Assembly: GCA_002633005.1 (NCBI GenBank) | Contig: NMRA01000318.1 | Coordinates: 428,145 to 492,144, forward strand | From: Phoronis australis | Taxonomy: Eukaryota; Animalia; Phoronida | Length of the DNA stretch: 64,000 nucleotides | Reading direction: 5' to 3' | Shown here: piece after piece, positions 50,700 through 63,654 of the stretch | How positions within the stretch are numbered: the first letter of the stretch is position 1 | Layout of the letters: each line of letters starts with the position of its first letter | Made by a program: the position numbers and the translations under genes | Notes under the pieces: model-generated | What the model was told of the DNA's origin: nothing | The model's input: the letters and a program-made list of their open reading frames with translations, nothing else | The model's database searches: none

Positions 50700-52722
50700 C
50701 AAACATACACCATTGCCAGCATGATGACGAATACACCCAGCTGACAATATCCTCTGTACAGCACAGAGTTAAGGGTTTTTGGCAAACATATACACATATC
50801 CCATACATTATGGCTACAGTGAAGTCATTCTTAGTCATACCAATGTATAGCGAATGACATAGTAACAGAAGCGGTAGCCCATGTGGACAATTTCCCACTT
50901 CTTTCACAATTTTCCAAAGAAGCGGCTTGTCATCCAGGTCCCTCATGGGAAGTCTAAGCACATTTTTTTTCTGAAGTCTGGTAAAGATAATCCAAAGATG
51001 TACTGATTTTAAACAACAGTTTCCGATCAAGTTGCTCAGTTGAATCTTTAGACACGTTTGACAGGAAAGGGTTGCATTGTTGATAATCCCCAAATACTGA
51101 ATACCCATGGTCAAATAACTCGGACTCAAAATTCAACAATCTCTTTGCTCCTGTTGGCCTCTTAGAAACAGATGGCGAATCAATTAGTACATGTTTCTGT
51201 CGAACTTCAGACTGAGCAATGAGAATGCTGACATCCATTCTCGCTGATTTCTGCAGCTGTGTGAGTTTTGAACAAGACAAAATGCATGAGCTGCAGATAA
51301 ACACAGGCCTAGTGTCCAGCAAATCATTGTTGAATTGAATGTAAACGGGTTCAAAAAATCCAAGTACCTCTGCTTTAATGCAGCATTTTTTAACTTTGTG
51401 TACGTGAGAGTCAGAGTATAACAGTTTGCCACATACACTGTAATATGCATGTCTTTGACTTTGCCTATTTCACTGGAGTATTACAGTACACCATCTGAAA
51501 TTAAACATACGTAAATAGCAAAGGCTTTCAATTTTTACTAGCATGACTGGTGTGCCACCTAGAATTATTTGTGTTCAAGTGAATTGACTTACGGCTGTAA
51601 AATCTTTGTCAAGCTAATCAATTTTAGTACTGCAGATGGGAGATATGTTCAATTAACCTTTTGCAGAAATTCTATAGTTACAGAATTACGATCTGCTCGG
51701 ATATAATGGTCCCTGACATGGATAACAAGTTTTATCCACTGATAGTGACATACGTCGGAAGATTTAAGGCGACGTATGCCTCACACTGGCGGGCGCGGTA
51801 AAAATAGGTGGGCGCACAGTGTAAAACTGGCCTGTTGATGGTTTGGGCAACTGAACGAAGGACTGATTGAAGAAAAAGTTATATTACAGGAGTATTTGTT
51901 TGCGTTGGAAGAAATTAAAGACATCAATGGGTACCTAAGGTGTCCCTCTATGAGAAAAAGGTACTTAAACAACGTGACTTTGATGTTTTAATCAGTGTGA
52001 GGCATAAGTCACCGAAAATCTATCAATGTATGAAACTCCCAGAGGAGCTTCACTGTCTCTACTGGGGCCAACTAGAGATGGTGGTCAGTGTATAATCCAC
52101 TGAATAATAGAAATGTTATTCAGTTGTTACATTCATCAACCTTTTTCGACCATGTCCTTGTCCTGTTGTTCGTTTCCCATTTTTCCCTAGTACAAAGTGA
52201 CCAACAACACGTGTATTAGCCTGGTTAAATCTAGACATTTGCTGTCACTGGTGTGTTTCATCTGGCTAACACTAACAGCCTGATTCCGTGAGGTATAAGT
52301 AGTGAACCTGCCCTGAAGTTATTACAACATATTGATAGCGTCATTCTCAAAACCAAGGAACATTTTATCCGACTTGTCTCCAAAGTAGTTAGGTGTGATA
52401 AGACTGAACTCTGAAGTCGAAGTCCAAGCGATCACAGACACAGCGATGAGTAGAAAATCACCAATTTATCTTCAATTCAGACCCCTTTTAACTCACCTTT
52501 TACGCAAGTACAACCGTACAGGCTTACATGGCTAGTCCAGGTTAGATTCCCGGTTCGGAGATTGATCTGAGTCGGCATTTACAACAGTTGTTCAGTAACA
52601 TTTACATTGATTCAGAAAGGCGATAGGCCTGCTGCCTAAACCAGAAATCGCGAGCCACCATGTTTACAAAAGCGCCATCTACCGAGCAAAATGATAGAAG
52701 TGAACTACTTTCGCGCAGGCTA
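50700..52722 (-). mobile_element. AcademH-like element, 5' portion
   Basis: Terminus TAGCCTGCGCGAAAGTAGTTCAC at 52722. An exon from ~51495 has zf-AD-like YSVCGKL..FICSSC, then LWKIVKEV..CPH..VAIMYGI../LCAVQRILSAGC..GNG|GTATGT. Confidence 0.5.
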
Positions 52723-53439
52723 ATGTACTCCATGTGAGTAAGACAATACACGCAGTGTTGGCTTACGTAGTGAATGCCACTAACACAGCAGCGACACCGC
52801 GAATAGCCCCATTAAACTACGGGTTGACTGGAAGTAGGTACCGCGAGCAGTTCAAAGAGAAGCTCCTACACTCTTTCACAGTGCCACGAAAGGTTACACT
52901 GTGGAGTGTTGTTTATCGGCTTAATTTCTCAGTGGTTACAGCAATGAAACCGACGTCAACATTCAGTCATTCCCATTGGTTGAAATATGGGAAACCCTTT
53001 CAGTTTACTGTTACGTAGTATGACGACCACCTTTGACTTGAATAGTTGCAATATATTAAAACGGGTAGTGATCGAAGTAAACAAAATCAAAGTAACCCCG
53101 ACCCCGACACTAAGCCCAAACAAGTACAGCGCATTGAAGGTGTGTGTAAGCGGTGGTGATGTGGTCGATAAACTTCCAACCAAGCATGCGCATTGATGCC
53201 CACACATGGAATTCCGTGGGTAGTTCATGTTTCCACAGGGCCACTTTTCAGTATAGGTGGCGCTTTGTCAGAAGGTATGAAGCTTTTTACTTTTGATGAC
53301 ACGTATCCGATGTTGGCCAAAATGTCATCGAAGCATGCCTGGTGGTCGCGCGCGTCGAACTCTTCGCCAAAAGTGCTGTCGTCAGCATAGGAGCACATCA
53401 AGACTACGCCACACAACACCGTCTCTTACGGTGCTTATA

Positions 53440-53766
53440 CATAGGCAGATTTAAGGGGGTCCAGGGTGCCCCCCTCCCCCTGTTGGCTGCCTCAAAAAAG
53501 AGCAACAGCGTGGGAAAATATTGAGTTTCGTAATTAACCCCGGTAATTAAAATGCGGCTGAGATTGGCTCAGACCAGATTGCAAGAGTCCGATTCAAAGC
53601 ACGGCGCAACGCAATCCCTTTTTTATTTTTTAATCCTCCGTTTGTTTTTAGGTAGAAGGTCCTCATCCTCAGCAATTCGAGCCTCCCTATATTCTAGGCT
53701 AGGTGCGAGCGTGCATTAAAGACAAAATGTTGGGCCCTCACCTATGATATCCTAGATCCGCCACTG
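53440..53766 (-). mobile_element. MITE family 1, diverged subfamily
   Basis: Ends CATAGGCAGATTTA / TAGATCCGCCACTG, flanks TTATA / TTTTA (4 of 5 match). Confidence 0.75.
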
Positions 53767-54409
53767 TTTTAGACGCTACGTGAGCCTACGTTCCACTATA
53801 CCATAACTTACGATGCGTAGGTGCTACTTTAAAATCCAAAATGTAGTGGCTGCGCTTATGTGCACTTACAGCACTGATTTTAACCCAGAGACCGATAAGC
53901 AGCCTACGTACAGGAAATGACACTCAGCTGTTACGCAGTGAGACTTAGGGGAAATTTCATTGGCACGATGATGTCATATGTACCACTTTACAATGATTGG
54001 TTGAGAATTTCTCTCGAATGGGTTACGAATTATGGCCGAAATTTAAGTCGCAATTAATTACTGTCTGTGTTGTGCAAGAAACAAAAACAATATTTCATTA
54101 AAAAATACTTGTATTTCTGGTGTTAAAAGAGTGTTTTAGTCGCTGGAGGCCATTTTAAAGCGAGCTCAACAGGAAGCTATTTTCGTTCAGCATTGTATGT
54201 AGTGTCAGCGATAGCCTTAACTAAAGATAAGCTGCCTCATATGAAATACACTTGGAACCTGGCCAATTTTATTGCGCACCATAAAAGCTTCGATAAAGGT
54301 GACAATTTTGCACTTTCTAAGAGACGTCTCAAAGATGGCATCTGGCGGTAAGTACATGTGATGTTTTTGTTTATGTTGTTTTATGTTCAGTAATTACTAG
54401 GTGGAACAT

Positions 54410-54700
54410 CTCAAATACAGACGAACTAAGTGTATAGCATGGAAGTATACCAATAAGAAGCGTATTTCAAGTATGTGATATAATGGTGTTCCTTCTATCT
54501 TGAAATTGCAGATTTTTGTATTGTTTGCGTTAGTTCATTTCTCTGTTTGATAATAATTTATCACTTTTAAGGACACATAGAGGATCGAGAAGCAGGCAAA
54601 CTTTTTAAAAAGAAACGGAAATTTGCAATGCATATAACGCAAATCATATTAAGTATAATTTTGCACCCGTCTTTAACATTTAACACAAAGTCAAGTATTT
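54410..54700 (-). repeat. Copy of the LINE-derived sequence at 2208-2460
   Basis: Shared ATCTTGAAATTGCAGATTTTT..ATTTCTCTGTT..GACACATA.AGGATCGAGAAG. Confidence 0.7.
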
Positions 54701-55072
54701 GTTGGAATCATCCAATTGAAATTTAAACCATTTTAATAGTGTAATTTTTCTCTAATGGTTGACAACCATTTCGACATTTCTAATTCGTTTCATATCACTT
54801 AATTGAATTGTAAACAACATAATATGCAATAGCACAGACGCTCAAATTATGAACATAAAAGTTTCACCTGTTAGTCTCGTTATTTTCAAAGTTAGGGATT
54901 GTATTGTCTGATCTCATCTGTTAGCTTTATGGTCTAGGGATACATGTATGTACTGCAAAAATGAATTTGTGATAAGTACATATAATACGAACATGATGTT
55001 CGTAAAACTCTTAATAGTTCAAGACCAAAACGTGATTTTACCTTGCTTTGCCCATGATAAAATCATGAATAC

Positions 55073-55341
55073 GATTCCCCTGATCCGTAGCAGTTCTAAG
55101 CCGGCTGTCAGACGCTCGACGAAGCGAACAGCCTGAGAGCGTATGCACTGCTGAGGCAGTCCACGGGAAGGTCCAGGCAACGTTCCGAACACGACCTGAC
55201 GGACTCGTTCAGTCCACGCCCGTTCCAGGCCCGCATCCTACCCCAGCCCGACGGACCCAGTCCTTAGAGCCAATCTTTTTCCCGAAGTTACAGATCTAAT
55301 TTGCCGACATCCCTTACCTACATTGGTTCTACTCGACTAGA
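55073..55341 (-). pseudogene. Dispersed 28S rRNA fragment (around the D8 expansion segment)
   Basis: The minus strand reads TCTAGTCGA..AATGTAGGTAAGGGATGTCGGCAAATTAGATCTGTAACTTCGGGAAAAAGATTGGCTCTAAGGACTGGG...CTTAGAACTGCTACGGATCAGGGGAATC, the conserved eukaryotic LSU core with substitutions. Confidence 0.93.
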
Positions 55342-55364
55342 CCTTCTCCGGATATGGGTATGGC

Positions 55365-55597
55365 AATTGGCGAAGATAATGTGTAATAAGATGACACAAG
55401 TTACACATGAGGCCGCCGGCTTTTTTCGCCTGCCGATCAATTTGTTGGTTTGTGAAAATAAAAATGTGATAAGGGTAGCGGCGGAGCCGACTGTGACCTC
55501 AGAAATACGATAATGTTTTCGGTTTCCCCTCAGTCATATATTATTTTGAAACGTCCTTCTGTTCGAGATTATCCTTCTGACTCAAACGTACGCCGTC
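55365..55597 (+). repeat. Dispersed repeat; copy of 18590-18850
   Basis: Direct sequence similarity. Confidence 0.8.
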
Positions 55598-55819
55598 CCA
55601 GTAAACACATGCACGCATCCAGCCTTTAATATTGGGAGCTAGAATTTCTGACAAAATGGACCTTTTGGTAACAAAACATCGGGATGACTAAAAAACCGGG
55701 GTATCACCTTCAGAACTGTGAACTCTGCGTCTGAGCCTTTTTAGTGGACTTTTGTCTCATTTTCTCAGACTTTTTGTTTCTCTGAGGCGGACTTTTTTAC
55801 CCACTTCGGCAACCAGTGA

Positions 55820-56795
55820 AGAGTACCCTTGCGAGTTTGGCGAGATTGTCGAGTTTGGTTGGTGTTCACCTTTTTTATCATTAATAGAGATGATTAGCGA
55901 AATTTTTTGTAGAACAAAGAACGATATTTGGTTTGGCTTCCATGTTGAACGCACGTGACTAAAAAGTTGAACACATGTGACTAAAAATGACCACGAAAAG
56001 TTTTTTATTGCTGTTTAGGTACAAAATATCTGACAATAAAATTATTGTTGAAAATGAGGTACAAATCATAATACATATTCAATGGATCGACATCAGACTA
56101 CGTAGTGCTCTTGCGAGTTTGGCGAGTTTGGTGAGTTTGGTTGAGCTTGACTTCGCTGTCATAGATTTATATGAGAGTAGAGTATCCTTGCGAGTTCGGC
56201 AAGTTTGGCGACTTTAGTTGAAATTGACCTTTCTTACCATAGATAGAGATGAGCATAGAGTATCCTTGCGAGCTTGGCGAGTTATAGAACAAGGAATGAT
56301 ATTTGACTTCCACTCATTGTTCACGTTACTAAGAATGATAACGTAAAATATTTTATTGTTTAGTAGATAAAAAATCTGTGTCACTAAAACTATTATCGAA
56401 AATGAGCTGCAAATCACAACACATGCTGTGATAATTTGATATGTGAGACGAGTTCGTTGCGAGTTGGGCGAGTTTGGTTGAACTTGATTCTGCTATCACA
56501 GATCTATGTGAGACTAAAGAAACCTTGACAGGTTGGAGAGTTTGGTTAACCTTGACTTTACCATCATAGATATATGTGGGACAAGAGTACCATTGTCTCT
56601 CATAGAGAGAGAGAGGTGAACCTGGAGCGTGTTTGGCGAATTTGGTTGAACTTGACTTTGCCATCATAGATTGTGTGAGACAAGACTACCCTTATCAGAT
56701 AGGGAGTTTGGCGAGTTGGGTTGACTTTGATCTCTAGCTCTCATATATAGAAGTGAGCCTAGAGCGAGTTTTACGAGTTTGGTTGACCTTGATCT
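55820..56795 (+). repeat. Degenerate ~65-80-bp minisatellite
   Basis: Recurrent unit GAGTACCCTTGCGAGTTTGGCGAGTTTGGTTGAACTTGACTTTGCCATCATAGAT..GTGAGAC in interrupted clusters. Confidence 0.85.
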
Positions 56796-58197
56796 GCTAA
56801 ACAAGTGGTCATGTGGTCAAGGGTGTGGTCATGGCTGATTATATTTTATGGTAATATGGGAGATTACAAGCTCATGTTGGGAGTGTGTAACCTGGGAGTA
56901 TTTGATATTGGTCCTAGGTGTAACTCAGTTTTCTCTCATAACCTGGAATGTGTTTTGACACGACTGGTTTATAACACCGAGTGCGTAATTTTTTTGATAT
57001 TACATGGGCAAATCACAAAGTAATGCGAAGTAGAAATACACGCGCCTTACATTTTATTGTCTGCGAAACACTAAGACAACGAAACGCCCGCTAACCTAAG
57101 AATGCCGGAATTCTGAGAAGGTGACACGGGTATGATTGACAAATCGGGTGTCGCAACTGTACGTACTTCCAGTTGGAAGGACATGCAAATAGCTTCTTTA
57201 ACGAACCTACCTTCGGCGGCGAATTTCATGTCCACGTTCATTCACACGGTGACGAACCCAACTCAAGAAACGCGGCGAGACTGTCAAACTGTGCTCAAGC
57301 GCGGGGAAGCCTTGCTGACTGCCATTTATGAACATTTTTTAAGTTTTAATATTACAACTTCAAAAACTCTTTATTAGATTCTAACATGAATATTTGCTAC
57401 GAAAGCTGAATGCAATTTAAATTTGTTAAGTGTAAAATATAATTATTAACGAAAAGTAAATAAATTACTTAGCATTGCGCAACAAAAGTTGCGTCATGTG
57501 GTTCAAAGTTTTAGACACGTCGAGTTTTTTTACGGTTCACGTGAGAAAACAAATCCTACACTCGTCTCATAAACCTGAGACTTGTGTAGGATTCTCAATT
57601 TATGTTATATCCCATTTTGGCGCAGGCGAGGTCTCAGGTTTAAAAATTGCCCAACGACCTCTTTTGAAGTCACGTCTACCACCCATTATCTATAACAATA
57701 TTTCCCCCTCTTATCTTTATTGCATAGCTACTCATAGATCACATCGCCACAATAGCTGCAATTGTTCATTATTTACAAAAGTTTCTGCCAGCAGTCTTTT
57801 TACAACACCAACGTCAGGAAATGGAACAGCCTACAAAACCAATTGCGGATAATAGAATTTCCGTCAAAGTTCAATACCAAATGTAGCTTTTAATTCATCA
57901 ACTTACAAACAACGAATCTGGCGCTTTTTATAAAATTTGACATCATTTCGTCATTCAAACTTGTATATCTCCTCTTCTAATTTTTGAAATTTCTTGATAC
58001 ATATATTTATTTATGTGAATGTATGTTTTTTATGTATCTACCTATTATTTAATTACTTATTGTGGTATTAAATCTTTCTACATAGGACTGACCGCGATGG
58101 AAATAAGTAACTACTGTTTCTATCATCGGCACATTGATTGCTCTTTTTACTTGAACCGTTGTCTCATTTGTCATCGTCACTTTTAGTTTGTATACTG

Positions 58198-58953
58198 TGC
58201 CGGGTTGCATGAAACAGTTCGAAATAGAGACTCAACTAAGTTCCCTAGATCTTTTGCATATTTTTGCCTTTCTTTACTCACAGGTGAAATCTTTTTCTAT
58301 CATTTCATCTTTATTATGAGCTCCTCTTTGACGAATGACATTTTCTAATAAAATTCAGTGACGGATCTAGGATACCATAAGGGAGGCCCTACATCCGAAG
58401 ATGACGTCTCGTAGAATTGGGAAAAGCGTGACTGCGTTTTCAGCAGTGACCCGAAAGTTGCGGGGACCGGTCTCGTGACCCTTCTGTTCGAGAAATTTGC
58501 TGTTGGACTAAAAAAAACGGGAACGCCGCGGTCCGGGTTCTGAGCGCCCCCTTCTCCGCTACCGGTCCTGATTACACAGCATTTTCGCACGCTTTGTGGT
58601 CTTGCTGTTCCACTTTGCTTGTGGCAGCCAAGGGGGAGGAGTCCGGGCCCCCTGCCCCCCCCATAAATCCGCCTATGAAATTACTAAATACTGAGCTCTG
58701 AATTCAATGAAAATAAATAGAGACTTAGTCCTTAGGTTAGGTGCGTTGCATGAAAAGCCCCCTTTTTTATTTTCGATAACATTGAAATATCAACGGGGAG
58801 TTCACTCTCGATTTGTAAGCCAAAAATTGACTTAGTAATGAAACTAAAACCGCGTCAGAAAGGACAATCAGTGTTTCCCAAGTCCATAAATCTGCAATAG
58901 ATTTAGGTAAATCACTTGAGTCCCTAGTTGGGACTGTTTCATGCAACCTGGCA
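58198..58953 (+). mobile_element. MITE family 2 (Harbinger-like, CTG TSD) hosting a nested family-1 MITE
   Basis: TIR TGCCGGGTTGCATGAAACAGT / ACTGTTTCATGCAACCTGGCA. CTG at 58195-58197 and 58954-58956. Confidence 0.85.
58356..58677 (+). mobile_element. MITE family 1, 5-bp TSD AAATT
   Basis: CAGTGACGGATCTAG ... TAAATCCGCCTATG. AAATT at 58351-58355 and 58678-58682. Confidence 0.88.
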
Positions 58954-59034
58954 CTGGTGTATCTCTGCCAGTCCTTGTGTTGTGTTGTACCAAATTTATT
59001 GTGTTATATTCTTATATTTCACTGGTCAATCAGT

Positions 59035-60089
59035 GTTAAGGAGTTCCCACCATGATCATGTGTTTCAAAAAAAATTTATTAATATATCTTAAGAGATTTA
59101 ATAACTTTTAGTGTACCTGAAGCAAGCAAAGATTTTAAATATATATTTTTTCTGGTTGTGCGTAATGGGTGGAGACCGTCTCCGTCGTTGTTGTTCTTAC
59201 TAGTGCAATACTGAAGAGTTGTGAGGATAGTTCGCGGAGAGCCGCCTTTTTCAGACACGAAAAGATACGTTTGTGGAAACTGTAGTAACAGCAAGTTGGC
59301 TGAGAACGTCTCTGTGTTCAAATTTCCTAAATACGTGAAAATTGCACAGAAATTGCATCGTTGCACAAGAGTGGAAATGTCATTGAGAAACACGCGATTC
59401 AATCGTAAGCCACAACTTGTTGGGCACATTTCAGGGAATCGTGTTTCGACCAAACACAAAAGTGGCGTTACGATGAAGGACTCGCCACCTTTTAAATGTA
59501 TTTGAAATTTTTATAAATAACGTCGAAACTGCCTGCATTCCCGGGCAAATGATGACGGCTCTCGACCCTGGCCCTAGTCGAGTGCTACGATACGTAGATT
59601 TATGCATTGTGTTTAGACTATACTCATTCCACAATGGCAATACGATGACCCAGGTTTACTTTAGCCTTTGTCATCATTGATTATAAAGTGTCTATTTTGT
59701 GAATATTGGCCATTCCTCTGGTTCACGTGGTTGTGGCTAACATATGTCTGCAGCATTTCTTGTGCAAGTGGGTCGAGTTCATACGGCCTCAAAGCCGACG
59801 AAACTTCGCCAAGAGGGAAATCGAATTCATTGTCTGATTCTTCAAGTACTTGAGACTGATGCCCATATCCAAACATTGCAATTGATTTTCAAGTGACAAA
59901 GCGTCTTCCACCCATTACATCACTTGGTGGGAAACTTGGAAATAACTAATTTTTCTTCTAACTTGGAAATAACTAATTTTTCTTCTAAATTCACGACTAT
60001 TTGGCTTCAAAAGTTTTTATTTAGTTAGATGTCTTGATACTTATTTCATATTAGTTAACTTAAACCTCAAAAACTAAGAACCTCTTTAA
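59035..60089. mobile_element. Internally deleted Kolobok derivative with convergent THAP (+) and KolX-like (-) starts
   Basis: TTAA at both ends with weak TIRs. + strand KRYVCGNCSNSKLAENVSVFKFPK. - strand EESDNEFD..LRPYELDPLA. Confidence 0.6.
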
Positions 60090-61759
60090 AACAAAAGAAA
60101 TTTAGCCTTGGAATGCCAACTCCAGCATGTTACCCAGGTATTCTATATTATTAGAGCTTGCGACCCAGACACTAGCCGCCAGAGTTCGCACTGAGAATTG
60201 TCTGCTCGACTGAGTTTATAACGAGTGTTGTAGATGTCAAATGAAGCCAAATTTCATTGCTTTGTTTTTCACTTTGTCACTTTTAGTCATCAAGCGAGAC
60301 TCTTGAGGTACGGTTCAATGCAACAAACGATTTGTCACAAACCCGACACTTACATTGGTCATGACCTTTATACGGTTCGTCCTGTCGCCCTAGCTGGATG
60401 CCGGGAAAAGCCTGCCTCTGATATCTTTTCAGCTCCGGTCTTAGAACAACCTATGTAACTACATGCTAGAAATTTTTTAACGACGCATTTTTGGGTGTTA
60501 AAATCATGTCACTTACGGAATGAAGTGTCACTTGGTTTCTGAGTGTTTGTTCTGTAATTATAAATGCAAAGCGTGCTCAAGTAACTTTCGAAAAATACTG
60601 AGATTTATGGCACTCTGACATAAATCCTATTATTTGGGCAAATACCATTATAGAGCCCTTTATGCTTCGTATCCAACTGCTGGTTAGTTCCTACCAAGTC
60701 CGATGGTTGCGCTGTTTGTTCTTTCTCTCCAGCTTCCTGTTGGCCCAGCCTCAAGCAACAGTACATTCACTCGTAAGTTTTCCTAATTAGACAAGTTTAT
60801 AACTAGTAGACTCCTTCCCGTTCGTTGTTAATTGTCCTGGACAAACGATACTTCCCTTATCTATTATTTGTAGCCACAGATGGCTTTTCTAACGGCCGAT
60901 TTCTTTCGATTTTAATGATCCCTCAAACCCAAACCAATTCCTCGCCATTTCACCACTTCCCTGGGTATAAGTGGTATATCGTGTGACAATCGCCGTCTGC
61001 TTTGGGGATGAGACCCGGCGGCGAGGTATAAAGGTTATCAACGGGGCTGGTAGGACAGGGGCTAGTCAACGCGTAGACCCTCGGTTAGCCGGTTGGGGGC
61101 TAGAATACTTCCCATCCCTTTCTGCACCATTTCGTCTGGCCAAATCCGGCCACTGATTTTGAGTTTAACCTCGTCAAAAATACATTCCACACCTAAAACT
61201 ATCACTTAGAAAAGCGCTTCATTTCTTCATGGATCCATTTATTTTACTTCTATACATATCTTCGATGAAGCTTAGTTATGAGATTGGGGTGATTTCGCCG
61301 AAGAATTTCAACTCCACTTTTTTGGTTCCCGTTGGCTTTTTCACCGAAAGTATGTCCACTGAGTCACGCGCGTTAGGCAAAGGCTAGCGCGAGACAGAGA
61401 AGCGCGTGACGATAGCGCGTGACACTAGCTATTTTAAGCCTTGAACAAGGAGTTGGGGTCTGGAAACCCATGTAGAACGAGCTTGAATGCCAGCGGTTTG
61501 ACAAGTGCGTGACCTCGGTTGCAGACGTACTTATGGTTTGGGTACATGGCGGATACTGGAATTACATTACACTAGACTTGGTACTATTCCAACAGGACTG
61601 GAGGTATTATTGATGTAAACAGATGGGATTTACAATGGTTAAGACCTAGATGGGAATATATTCCATATCGCCCTGAAGCCTGGTGCGATAAACCTCGAAA
61701 GTGCCGCGTCTAACACATGGGAGTATCCTCACATAGCGCGCAACCACCTTGGTGGGTAA

Positions 61760-61918
61760 AACAATAGTAATAAAATTTAGGTACTAAGTAAAACAAAACA
61801 ATAATAAAAAATAATAATAGTAATAAAACAAAAATAATAATAAAAAAGTAAAAATAATTATAATAATAATAAATAATAATAATAATAAAGTAATAAAAAC
61901 TAATAATAAAAAAAAAAC
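61760..61918 (+). repeat. AAT-rich low-complexity tract
   Basis: (AAT)n / A-rich sequence. Confidence 0.85.
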
Positions 61919-63654
61919 CTTTGGATGTCATTGTTGACATTTTATTCGACTTTCCATGAAAGATACGGAGATACTGTACTCACCCTTGGATATGTTGTTT
62001 ATTAGGCCTTTTCAAGTACTTCGTCACCGGCCCTAACCCTACCATGTTTATCTACGCTTTTGATCGGCATACTTCCTTCCGAACAACACTTAAAAAATAT
62101 GTATACTTTACCGATGCATGAAAAAAAAAACAATAAAGAAAAATTAAAAAACCAACATATAATACAACTAATAAACAAACTAAAACGTACACTAAAACAT
62201 TGCTACAAATTAAATAAATAATTGAAAAATAAACTAATAAAATGAAATTCATAACAACAAAATGTGTTAAACATTTTAAAACACTCCTGTCAATTCTATC
62301 ACATAATACTTCACATTTCGTTCTCTCGGCATAATTTACACCTATTCCAACCGCGCTTAAGTTACGGTAGTGCGTCAACTTTTCTTTTCGTCTAGCATTG
62401 TGGTCGGGTATTTCCCACCAGGACGATTTTCGAATAGTCGGCTACTGTAGTGGCAGATAGGCGGACGTTATGATCGATGAGATCACGTCTCACATGCCTG
62501 CTAAGTTGTCCACTGCCCAGGCGCGTATAGCTTAGTCATACGAAATCTGCGCTCGAGTGCCTCCAGAGCTGTTTCCTTTAATTTTACGATTTTCATATAT
62601 ACTAGTTCATTTCGGTGTAATTAGGTCTAAGCCAGTCACTCTAACAGTTGTCCTTATCGGCTGAAGTAGGGTCGTTTTCATCTGCAACCCAGGATCCACT
62701 ACACCCGGGCTATTAGTAGACCTAAACAGTAACCATGTCACGGCGCCAAGTTTTTGAAAACGCGTCACTCACACTAGTGGGTTACATCTGCCCGTTTAGG
62801 CGTATAAATCATATCAGATTCCAGTAATGGCTGACATATTTTAACACAAGATTTTTAATTTACGATTTCAAAATCTTGTAACCTTTCATTTTGTTAACCT
62901 ATATTGCACGCACATGTGCCTAACCTACTTCCTAAAATTTTGTCACCAAAGCACACTGGGATCACACTAGCCCAAATTCAGTTGAAGCCCTCATTATCCA
63001 GATTTCATGGTAATGGGCCAGCCTGTGGTTTCACTCTTATGTAATTACATAATAACTTGTTGCATAGTGCTGATGACCTCGTGCCAGCAATGGAATTTTC
63101 TAGACTAAATTTTCATGATACCAGAACCCTAGGCTTAGTTGCATTTACTAACTAGTTGTGACCATCTTTTCCTGACATCGACAGCACAAATGTCATTTGT
63201 CCTTTTGCTTAGCTCTAGGATATTCGTTGAACACATTGGTAGGGTGCTAGGCCTTTACTGCCAATCATATTTTGTAGACCAAGTTGCTTCCTGATTTGTG
63301 TACTTGATGTTGTCTATTATATAGGACTCGGGGTATCATTATTCCTGAGAGCCTATTGCTCTCTCCTCTCTCGTATAGTTGTGTTCTGTAGGATTTTTAT
63401 AGATATTTTAGTTTTCTTAGACATATAGTAGACATGCAAGTTTCCGTATGAAGGTCTGTCTGTGGCAGATAGCTTGATACATGGTTTTAATTAATGATTT
63501 TTATCAATCGGTCAGTTTTCATCTTTAAAGCATCAGCAAATAAATAGGACTGTTTGAATAATGATTTTCGATCTGTTCATAATCTTTATATGAAATGAAA
63601 TCTCCCATGCTGATGGTCCTTTACCTTTCCTGCACCATTACTTCTTTTCTAACT

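Noticed and set aside
57400-57960. L1/Tx1 C-terminal zinc-finger relic on the minus strand (NNCSYCGDV)
   Set aside because: Only one weak motif.
61710-62378. Hydrophobic multi-TM-looking ORFs
   Set aside because: Translations of AT-rich low-complexity DNA.
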